Virus record (IMG/VR): IMGVR_UViG_3300017722_005389 | Length of the DNA: 64,000 nucleotides | Source of the DNA: a virus | Lineage: Duplodnaviria; Caudoviricetes | Reading direction: 5' to 3' (one strand) | In this document: positions 56,493 to 64,000 of the stretch, piece after piece | Layout of the letters: each line of letters begins with the position of its first letter | Numbering within the stretch: the stretch's first letter is position 1 | Made by a program: the position numbers and the translations under genes | Notes under the pieces: model-generated | Databases searched by the model: none | Told to the model about the DNA's origin: nothing | The model's input: only the letters and a program-made list of their open reading frames with translations

Positions 56493-57050
56493 TTATTTTA
56501 TACCAGTTGAACCAAAACCACCTGTACGGTCTTTAGAATTAAAATCTTCAGGAGAATCTACGATTTCTCATTGAAGTTTATCTACTTTTGAAAAAATCAT
56601 TTGAGCAATCCTTTCTTTAGGTTCAATAACCTGCTCTTTACCTGAAAGATTGATAACTGCTACTTTAATTTCATCTACATAATCATCATCGATGGTTCCG
56701 ATACAATTGATGAGTGTGATACCTTTCTTGTAGGCAGTGCCACTTCTTGCTCTCAATTGAATTTCATAGTCATCTGGAATATCTACATAAATCCCTGTAG
56801 GAATCAATGTAATTTCCATTGGTTGGATCACTTTAGGTTCTTGTAGATAAGCGCACACATCTAATCCAGAGGAGCCTTGCGTTTTGTATTCAGGGATAAA
56901 CCCTTCACCACCTCTAGAATAAATTTTAACTTTCTTTTGAAGGTTATATGTATATTCACCTTTTGCAAGAGACTCTTGAATCGACATTGATTCTTGTATA
57001 ATCTTTCTGGTTTTTTCTACAGATTTTTCGATTTCTTCTAAATTGTGCAT
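56493..57050 (-). CDS. dut: Trimeric dUTPase with in-frame TGA at 56568-56570 before motif V
   Basis: GLDV, RSG, GTIDDDY, RIAQ precede the TGA; EIVDSPEDFNSKDRTGGFGSTGIK-TAA follows in frame. Confidence 0.85.
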
Positions 57051-57116
57051 TGTGTATATTTTTAAAATGTTGTTCAGAGTAATTAACCTATACTTTCCAA
57101 AGAAAGTTCATATTTT

Positions 57117-58274
57117 CTAAAGATTTTTATAAAGTGATGCTCTTTTGCGTGTCACATTATTTAGATCATACTTATCTTTAACTGTTTCATACAATGCTTC
57201 ACCCATTTCTTTTCTCATATTTTCATTTCTAATCAATGCTTTTGAATATTCATACCATTCCTTATGATTTCTTTTTTCTGGAACGAGAAATCCGTTTTTA
57301 CCATGAACTATATCAAGTTGATATGGATAAATTTCACTTGCAATCAGAGGTTTCTTATGGAATCCTGCTTCAAGAACTTTTAACTGAGATTTCATAGTAT
57401 TAAAAGTATTAATTTTCAAAGGTGCCAAAGCTATATCAATCTCATTATAACATTTTGCGTAAGAATGAATGGGTTTACTCCAAACTCTTCTATAAGATTG
57501 TTCTTGAATATTTTCATACTCTTCTTCTCTTGGATGTAAAAGATAGTGTATATAATTATCATCTTTCATTTTGTAGTTGTTGGTAAACAACATTTCACAC
57601 TGCATCCAAAGTTCGGGTCTTTTGGTGGTAGTTATTTCACCTGTTTGTATGTTTCGGATCTTGTTATCAAATCCTGCCATGACTAATTGTGCTTCATTAT
57701 AATGCTTATTATGGATATGATTGGATAAACCTCCAAGGCACTTTAAATCCTCTAAATGGCTTGAACCACCAGCCCATCCAATTCTAACTTTATTTGATTC
57801 AATAGGATTACTAATGAATTGCTCTTCTTCGGGATTTATAGCATTCTCAAGAACTTTAACATTTTTATTAAATCTCAAAAGTTCTCTTGCAAGATTAACT
57901 GTAGTTGTAGTAATCAAATCTGCAATTTTTAATCTTTCAACCAATGTTTTATAAGTCTCTTCCATTTTTTTATACATTGCGTGACTTGGACTCAATCTCC
58001 AATAATCATCAATATCTAAAACAATTTTAAGACCTTGCTTTTTAAGATTCTCAAGAATTTTAAACAGGTTGTCATTCATCACAACAGTTCCTTGTAATAC
58101 AATAATGTCATAAAATGAAATGAAATCTTTATCTTCAATAGGAGGATTATCCATAATATCGACAATAAAATCATCCTTATGGTTTTTTTGCAATGTTATA
58201 TGCGGATCGCTAAATCTAAATTTGCCCACTCCAGCATTTTTAACTTCAACTACTAAGACTTTAACTTTTGACAT
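57117..58274 (-). CDS. Glycosyltransferase, GT-B/GT4-like
   Basis: LDIDDYW, IGWAGGSSH.EDL, DIALAPL...FN.MKSQLKVLEAG. Confidence 0.82.
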   Translation of the reverse strand: MSKVKVLVVEVKNAGVGKFRFSDPHITLQKNHKDDFIVDIMDNPPIEDKDFISFYDIIVLQGTVVMNDNLFKILENLKKQGLKIVLDIDDYWRLSPSHAMYKKMEETYKTLVERLKIADLITTTTVNLARELLRFNKNVKVLENAINPEEEQFISNPIESNKVRIGWAGGSSHLEDLKCLGGLSNHIHNKHYNEAQLVMAGFDNKIRNIQTGEITTTKRPELWMQCEMLFTNNYKMKDDNYIHYLLHPREEEYENIQEQSYRRVWSKPIHSYAKCYNEIDIALAPLKINTFNTMKSQLKVLEAGFHKKPLIASEIYPYQLDIVHGKNGFLVPEKRNHKEWYEYSKALIRNENMRKEMGEALYETVKDKYDLNNVTRKRASLYKNL

Positions 58275-58316
58275 ATTTTTTATTTATAATATCCATAGAA
58301 TAGATTAAAAATAAAA

Positions 58317-58889
58317 ATGAACGAAAGTTGTATTCTTAAAGCAGGATTCATTCTTCAAAAGAACGCTTCAAAATATTATAATAGAATTAAAGAACTTTCT
58401 AAACAACCTATATTTTATTTAGATGATTATTATTTTGAAAAAGAGTGTGAAGAATTTTCTTATGAACTTCAAGGCACCATCATAAATAAAATTTTGCTTT
58501 TCAAAATAAGAACTTCTAAAAATCGTAAAGTATTTATAGCACTTGTGAATTTTCAAGAAGTTTCTATAATAGAAAATGCCGAAGACCTTTTAAGATTTTC
58601 GGCAAATTTAAACTTTGATTTTGGTTTTGTTTATATTATAAAATCAGAACTCGGTTATAAAATTGGAATGACTAAATCAATTCACGATAGAACAAGAATT
58701 TTCAATGTTAAACTTCCAATCGAATGGAATTTTGAAAAAATTTACTGTTTGAAAGATTATAAACTTCTTGAGAAATTTTTACATTCTAAATTCAATAAAA
58801 AAAAGATAAATGGCGAATGGTTTAATCTTTCTGAAGAGGATTTAACTCTAATTGAAAACTTTTATGATTTTATTAAACTCCCCAGCTAA
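58317..58889 (+). CDS. T5orf172/MUG113-like (GIY-YIG-related) protein
   Basis: GFVYII..YKIGMT...R....LEKFLHSKF..KK.NGEWF.L. Confidence 0.8.
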   Translation: MNESCILKAGFILQKNASKYYNRIKELSKQPIFYLDDYYFEKECEEFSYELQGTIINKILLFKIRTSKNRKVFIALVNFQEVSIIENAEDLLRFSANLNFDFGFVYIIKSELGYKIGMTKSIHDRTRIFNVKLPIEWNFEKIYCLKDYKLLEKFLHSKFNKKKINGEWFNLSEEDLTLIENFYDFIKLPS

Positions 58890-59139
58890 AACCTTCACCT
58901 GCCCAACAATCGTTGACAATAGTTATCCATGAATCAATACAAGCTATATTACAACAGATGCCAGCAAATTTGTTTTCAGAGGCAAAATCTATTTTCAAGG
59001 CAACACTTTTAGGATCAACCTTCTCACCTGTAGCTAAATTTATAAAAACGGAAGTTTTTTTGGTTTTTCCGCTTTCAGGTGAAACCTTGAAGAAATATTC
59101 TAAAATTGTTCCGTTGTTATATGTTCTGCTTTGTATCAT
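58873..59139 (-). CDS. Hypothetical protein
   Basis: 88 aa; ATGA-coupled to 59136..59426. Confidence 0.5.
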   Translation of the reverse strand: MIQSRTYNNGTILEYFFKVSPESGKTKKTSVFINLATGEKVDPKSVALKIDFASENKFAGICCNIACIDSWITIVNDCWAGEGFSWGV

Positions 59140-59426
59140 TTTTTAACTGGTGACATTTTTCCTTTAAAATGGTGCCCCATAATAACCAAATGTACTTCAT
59201 CTGATTTACTTTCTTCAATAACTGTGGCTCCTTGAAGACCTTCAATCATCTCTGTTAATCTTTGAACTTGTTGTTTAAGCTCGTAAATCTGATGTTCTAA
59301 TGAAGAACTATTTGTATTATGAAGCTTGCTTTCATATAAATACTCTTCATCTACCATATGTTCGTGATTAACTTCCTTTGAAATTTTTTGTAGAAGTTTA
59401 TCAACTCTTGCATCTAATTTATCCAT
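59136..59426 (-). CDS. Hypothetical protein
   Basis: 96 aa with coiled coil. Confidence 0.65.
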   Translation of the reverse strand: MDKLDARVDKLLQKISKEVNHEHMVDEEYLYESKLHNTNSSSLEHQIYELKQQVQRLTEMIEGLQGATVIEESKSDEVHLVIMGHHFKGKMSPVKK

Positions 59427-59802
59427 TTGAATCTGTTTTTTCTCTATGAACTGATTGCATCATCATTGCTACAGTTCTTTCTAATTGTGATGATATTTGT
59501 GAAGAAAGATTGTCTGATAAATCATCAAATACCTTTCTGATTTCAGAGTTAATCAAATATCTTAAATAACCTTCATTTATTAATCCGTTAGATTGATTTG
59601 TATTTGGATTGACATTTTTTGAATTAGCAATTTTTTCTGCCTTTTCAAAAACTTTTGCAGCCCTTTCAAAATCGAAACTTTCAAAAAGCTTATTAGTATC
59701 AACAAATGCGTCATCTTGATTAGAATTCTCCATTTCGGATAACACGTCTAAAAGCTCACTATCAAGCTCAGGATTAATTTCTTTTATTACTTTATTTTCC
59801 AT
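59419..59802 (-). CDS. Hypothetical protein
   Basis: 127 aa. Confidence 0.65.
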   Translation of the reverse strand: MENKVIKEINPELDSELLDVLSEMENSNQDDAFVDTNKLFESFDFERAAKVFEKAEKIANSKNVNPNTNQSNGLINEGYLRYLINSEIRKVFDDLSDNLSSQISSQLERTVAMMMQSVHREKTDSNG

Positions 59803-59835
59803 TTTTATTTATAATGTATATAAAATAAAATTAAA

Positions 59836-60207
59836 TTAAAATTTTACAATATTATAAATATTTGTCATATTTTTATCACCATCTGGATTAAATCTATCTC
59901 TCGGTTTATCAAATTTTTTATCAAAAAAGAAAAATGTCTTTAAAACTTTTAAGTCTTTTATTTTATCTCTTCTGAAAGTTTTCCATTGATTAATACCTCT
60001 TTTTGAATTACCTGCCGTTTGATAAATTCTTAATAATTCATTTCCTAAATGATTTTTACCAAAAACATATATCTCACCCTGTCTCCAACCAGTTTCATCT
60101 CCATATTTAAATTTCACTTGGAGTTTTTTTTCAATTGGATTGGTGATTTGAGAATTAGAAATAGCTTCAGCTAAAACATCTACATATGTTTCAAATAGTC
60201 CTTTCAT
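59836..60207 (-). CDS. WYL/SH3-like domain protein
   Basis: V.F.Y...R..E.Y..G...LR.YQ...WKTFRRDKI. Confidence 0.55.
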   Translation of the reverse strand: MKGLFETYVDVLAEAISNSQITNPIEKKLQVKFKYGDETGWRQGEIYVFGKNHLGNELLRIYQTAGNSKRGINQWKTFRRDKIKDLKVLKTFFFFDKKFDKPRDRFNPDGDKNMTNIYNIVKF

Positions 60208-60566
60208 TACATGTTAAAAGAAAACGGAATGTTTGGAAAACAGTCGTACTGGTTATCTTTATTGTAAATATTCTTCAAAAGAAGGCTATTTCTTCCAGAG
60301 CCATCAACATCTGGTCTTCCAAAAATGTCATATGCACCACCACCATTGGAAGTGTCAAGATATCCAAACGTACCCTTTCCTTTGATATTTTGGGGATCAT
60401 CTGCTCCACCTTGTGCTTGCAAAGCATTTGGATGTTGAGTGCTATAAAATTTACCAGGTTCATTCTGATAAACATTTCTTAAAAGAAGTTGTTGTCTTGC
60501 TTCAGCAGCAATTTCTTCAAGCCTTGAACAGCTTGTACCGAGAGTGTTGTTGTTATCGCTTGTCAT
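60207..60566 (-). CDS. Putative virion protein
   Basis: 119 aa, Gly-rich; late operon context. Confidence 0.55.
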   Translation of the reverse strand: MTSDNNNTLGTSCSRLEEIAAEARQQLLLRNVYQNEPGKFYSTQHPNALQAQGGADDPQNIKGKGTFGYLDTSNGGGAYDIFGRPDVDGSGRNSLLLKNIYNKDNQYDCFPNIPFSFNM

Positions 60567-60572
60567 ATCTTT

Positions 60573-61076
60573 TTATCTTAAATATTCCTTTTTTATTTTT
60601 TTTATATATTTTGAAACTTGTTCTTCCGTAAGAATCAAAGTTTTTCTTTTGAAATTTTCAGAAATTCCTAAAGGATTTGTTTCAACTCCTGTGGCTACTT
60701 GAGGGTTTTTAGTGTTGTCTTTATTGTGTGTTTTTATATGAGAATTTGCAATACCTGTTTTGGCTTTCAAATCTTTATTCATAGTTACTTGCCCACGTCC
60801 TAATTTTAAAGCATTTTCAATATCTTTTCTTAATTCTGATACGCCTTTCAAACTTAATATTTCATTAGGAAATCCATTATTATCAAAATCATTTTTTATA
60901 TTTTTCAGATTTTCATAAGTCAAATTACCAGAAGAAATTAAATTTTTCAGAAGAGTATAACCTTTCAATCCTTTGTTGCCGTTATTTTGTTCGAAGGAAG
61001 CTAATGAACCCTTAAGAAGACCTATAGTGTTTGTTGGAATACTAAATGTTTGTCCTATTAATTTTTGATTAGCCAT
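60573..61076 (-). CDS. Hypothetical protein
   Basis: 167 aa; ends LILTEEQ..YIKKIKKE. Confidence 0.6.
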   Translation of the reverse strand: MANQKLIGQTFSIPTNTIGLLKGSLASFEQNNGNKGLKGYTLLKNLISSGNLTYENLKNIKNDFDNNGFPNEILSLKGVSELRKDIENALKLGRGQVTMNKDLKAKTGIANSHIKTHNKDNTKNPQVATGVETNPLGISENFKRKTLILTEEQVSKYIKKIKKEYLR

Positions 61077-61650
61077 TGAAATACGATTTTAGTTCTTCAA
61101 AATGTTCTGGCTCAAGATTTTTTAAATCAAAAGAATCTAAAATTTTATTAATTACTATTGCAATAATATCATTATGATTTTCTGATTTTTTTGTATTCTT
61201 TATAGATTTAATTAAATTCATAACTTGTGACTGTATTGGTGTTACATTATAAGCATTATTACTTAATTCTTCTAAAGAGGGGATTGAAGGTTCTGATTTA
61301 ATAAACAAATCCCTTTGATTTCTTTTTTGAATGAGTCCTGTGTCATTTTTTTTATCAACTATATCTTCTTCATTCAAATCATCTTCAATCAAGTATGTTT
61401 CAGATACGCTGCCTGCACCATATGAAAATCCACGATAATTGAAATATGCATATCCTTGTTGAGATGCTGATTTTCTTTGGTCATCGGTAGTCCAGCTTAA
61501 TCCATCATTCTTATGCATATTAGTAGAAGTTCTTATCATAGAATTACCAGGAAATTGTTTTTTACCTCCTTTTATGAAATCTCCACCCATGTTTATGATC
61601 TCATTCATAGTATCTTCTGATACTTTAAGTATTTTGCGTTTTTTATTCAT
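61069..61650 (-). CDS. Hypothetical protein
   Basis: 193 aa; TATTTATA upstream (61668-61675, minus strand). Confidence 0.6.
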   Translation of the reverse strand: MNKKRKILKVSEDTMNEIINMGGDFIKGGKKQFPGNSMIRTSTNMHKNDGLSWTTDDQRKSASQQGYAYFNYRGFSYGAGSVSETYLIEDDLNEEDIVDKKNDTGLIQKRNQRDLFIKSEPSIPSLEELSNNAYNVTPIQSQVMNLIKSIKNTKKSENHNDIIAIVINKILDSFDLKNLEPEHFEELKSYFNG

Positions 61651-61682
61651 CGAATCAATATATTTATTATAAATATCTTTAG

Positions 61683-63440
61683 GTGTCTAACATAAAACTA
61701 AATAGTAACAAAATCTTTGATATTAAGATAAATAAGTGTAATTACTGGGATTTTTATCTTTCAATGGATAATTCTGTTGATTGTATAAGCTGTTTGAAGT
61801 TGGTAACAGGTGATGTTGTTGCAACTTTCGATTTTAATAATATCAGTGGCTTGTGTAGTACTGTAACATGGGATAAAGCTAAATCATTTAATCAAGACCT
61901 TTGTGATATAGGATTGACAGGTTATGATAACAGATTTGTGCCTTGGTGGACAGGTGAAACTTATAATCCTTCAGGTGATACCACATTCTGTGTAAAAGCT
62001 GTTTCGGGAGATACTTATTGCTATGACATGAACTACATCCCTGCTTATGGAGTTGAACCTGAACATATTCAATTTTGTGGAGGATTTTTTCAAGGTTTTT
62101 ACAGGCTTCATGGCTATGATTATGATGTTCTTCCAAATATGTATTACAAAGGTTGGACAAAGGAATTTTGGATTAAGAGGTCTCAATGTGATCCAGGTGA
62201 ATGGGTTACAATTTCAGGTGAAACAGAAATAGATGGCTTTATTGAATATTGGACAATGGAAATTTTATCTGGTGCCACTTGTGAAGGTAAATACATTCTA
62301 AATGAAATCTACCCTGATAATAAAGGTATTTTTTACTATTGGGGTACAAGGGCTGAAAATAAGTTTTGTTCGATGTCACCGATTTCTGAATTAACTACTT
62401 GTGAGGGAATTCCTTTAGCAAATTATATTGAAGAAAAGGAATTTGAGCCTGAAAATTCATTTTTATATTATACCAGAAGACAAGTTTTATGCAGTGGAGA
62501 ACCAAATTCTTCTGCAGAATTCAATGATTGTTGTGAAGGTTTGATAAATAATGCTTTAGCTTTTAGGATAACTGATGAAGGAGAAGTTGGTTTAAGGATA
62601 TTAACTACTACAGGTGAATGTGCTCTTGTTGATGGCGTGATTATGTTTTCAGGGGCACCTATGGTTGAAGAATTTTATTCAAAACCAAATATAATAAAGG
62701 AAGATAAGTGGTATCATGTGACATATAGATTTGATCCTTATGAAAAACATGAATGTATTGGATATAGGATAGGTTTAGGAGTTTTATCTGTTTTTGTGGA
62801 TGGATTTTTGAAACTAAAGGTAAATGCATTCCCTGAATTTATTCCTTATGAATTAAATGAAATTCCAGAGAAACAATTAGCTGTTCCATTTAATATTAGT
62901 CTTGGTGGGGGCACACAGGGTTTACTTGAAAGTCATTTGTTTTCTGGAGATAGTATTGGGTTATCGGGTGTAACATTGTGTAACTATGCAGCAAAACTTT
63001 CTCGCTGTAGAACTTTTAATGGCATAGTTGTAAATGGAGTAGAAATTGTAAGTCCTCCACTTACTTCAGCTGAACCTGAATTAATAAAAGCTTGGATTGA
63101 AATGAATCTTCCAAGAAGAAGTGGTGAAATTATTGTTGAACCTTATTATATGGGTACTACGGACATTTTAAGAATTGAATTCAAAGCCGTTTATGATAGT
63201 ATTGACTATATATTAGTAGATGGTGGAAGATGTAGAATATGTAAAATAAATTGTATAGATGTTCCGCCTCATAGCGGTTCCTGTGGTTATTTAGAAGAAA
63301 ATTTCGCTGGAACATTCATTGGTGGCATTGGAGAATTTAGATTACATGAAAGACCGCTTTGTTTACAAGAGATCCGATGTAATTTTGAGTTAGAAAAAGA
63401 AAAATATAATAGGCATAGAGATAGATTTGAATGCGAATGA
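61683..63440 (+). CDS. Cys-rich LamG/concanavalin-like structural protein
   Basis: WTKEFWI, KWYHVTYRF, LSVFVDG, FIGGIGEFRLHERPL; GTG start. Confidence 0.6.
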   Translation: MSNIKLNSNKIFDIKINKCNYWDFYLSMDNSVDCISCLKLVTGDVVATFDFNNISGLCSTVTWDKAKSFNQDLCDIGLTGYDNRFVPWWTGETYNPSGDTTFCVKAVSGDTYCYDMNYIPAYGVEPEHIQFCGGFFQGFYRLHGYDYDVLPNMYYKGWTKEFWIKRSQCDPGEWVTISGETEIDGFIEYWTMEILSGATCEGKYILNEIYPDNKGIFYYWGTRAENKFCSMSPISELTTCEGIPLANYIEEKEFEPENSFLYYTRRQVLCSGEPNSSAEFNDCCEGLINNALAFRITDEGEVGLRILTTTGECALVDGVIMFSGAPMVEEFYSKPNIIKEDKWYHVTYRFDPYEKHECIGYRIGLGVLSVFVDGFLKLKVNAFPEFIPYELNEIPEKQLAVPFNISLGGGTQGLLESHLFSGDSIGLSGVTLCNYAAKLSRCRTFNGIVVNGVEIVSPPLTSAEPELIKAWIEMNLPRRSGEIIVEPYYMGTTDILRIEFKAVYDSIDYILVDGGRCRICKINCIDVPPHSGSCGYLEENFAGTFIGGIGEFRLHERPLCLQEIRCNFELEKEKYNRHRDRFECE

Positions 63441-63967
63441 AATTAATAATTACTGAAGAACAATATAGGCTTCTAAAGGAGGATAATAGTTATGATAATG
63501 TTGTAGACTTATTAATGAATCCTGACAAAGTTAATAGAGAGATATCTTTATTATTAATAAAAAATCAAGGTCTTGGTATTTTAGAAATAGCTTCAAAAAT
63601 ACTTGAGAAAAAAAATATAAGTTCTTTTGAAGATTTAAATTCATTATTAAAAAGTAGAAATGGTAATGTATTTTTACCTATAAAAATTTTGAATGATTAT
63701 GTGGGATTACATACAACTATAAAGAAAAGTGGAAGTTCTGGATATAAATATCAAGATTTAAATGTTGAAATATATAGCAAATCTGATTCTAAAAGACAAC
63801 GAAGTTATAAAAAAAGCATTTTAATATATTCAAATGAACCTGAAGCAGATATTCCTGGGGAGGAAGAATACTTTGAATTTTTAGAAGATGCCTTAAAATA
63901 TTTGCTTGAAATTATTAAAAATGTAATTATAGATGAAATAAATAATTTACCCAAAGAAACTGAATAA
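63437..63967 (+). CDS. Putative internal head protein
   Basis: MKLIITEEQYRLLKE start with ATGA overlap. ORF track starts at 63431. Confidence 0.6.
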   Translation: MKLIITEEQYRLLKEDNSYDNVVDLLMNPDKVNREISLLLIKNQGLGILEIASKILEKKNISSFEDLNSLLKSRNGNVFLPIKILNDYVGLHTTIKKSGSSGYKYQDLNVEIYSKSDSKRQRSYKKSILIYSNEPEADIPGEEEYFEFLEDALKYLLEIIKNVIIDEINNLPKETE

Positions 63968-63969
63968 CT

Positions 63970-64000
63970 ATGGAATTTTTTATAAAACAAAACGCAACAC
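63970..64000 (+). CDS. Start of the next gene (truncated by window edge)
   Basis: ATG 2 nt after the previous stop; reads MEFFIKQNAT with no stop before the edge. Confidence 0.5.
   Translation, partial: MEFFIKQNAT

Noticed and set aside
56540-56570. Selenocysteine insertion at the dUTPase TGA
   Set aside because: The position is not a catalytic Cys site and no convincing bacterial SECIS stem-loop follows.
7094-63990. Short overlapping or antisense ORFs in the track (e.g. 7314..7628, 12411..12839, 19248..19568, 21887..22171, 23765..24268, 33420..33773)
   Set aside because: They lie inside well-supported genes, mirror low-complexity repeats, and lack motifs or leaders.
1-64000. Genome-wide stop-codon reassignment (TGA to Trp or TAG to Gln)
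   Set aside because: Many genes end in TGA with ATGA coupling (3400, 10447, 25640, 37838, 50860, 63440). TAG-ending genes (MCP, 5773, 33872) hit another stop shortly after. Coding density is already high under code 11, and the dUTPase TGA is isolated.
1-64000. tRNA or rRNA genes
   Set aside because: No intergenic gap shows a cloverleaf or GTTCGA T-loop by eye. tRNAscan-SE was not run.

Overview
This is a 64-kb, strongly AT-rich segment of a large T4-like (probably contractile-tailed, jumbo) phage genome. A Bacteroidota host is likely, given a TTTG-N20-TAnnTTTG promoter and A-rich leaders without Shine-Dalgarno sites. Gene content in order: a partial Rnl2-type RNA ligase; small accessory ORFs and a NADAR protein; a ClpC-like chaperone, KTSC protein and nucleotidyltransferase; the head module (terminase large subunit, intein-containing portal, prohead protease, scaffold, gp23-like major capsid protein); two tandem paralogous fibre-like genes; a gp5-like baseplate protein; a gp55-like late sigma factor; a 14-kb glycan-synthesis cluster; a serine hydrolase, IMPDH/GMP reductase and dUTPase; then further putative virion genes. 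The genetic code is standard. The most unusual features are: (1) an integron-like array of small gene cassettes with paired terminal inverted repeats and attC-like hairpins at 2106-3007; (2) the glycosylation cluster, including a ugd gene between perfect 60-bp direct repeats; (3) an atypical Pro1/Cys-F4 intein in the portal; (4) a probable -1 frameshift at an A9 run; (5) an in-frame TGA that cuts motif V off the dUTPase; (6) a TATTTATA motif upstream of late genes. Functional calls rest on motifs recognised by eye. No database search was run.
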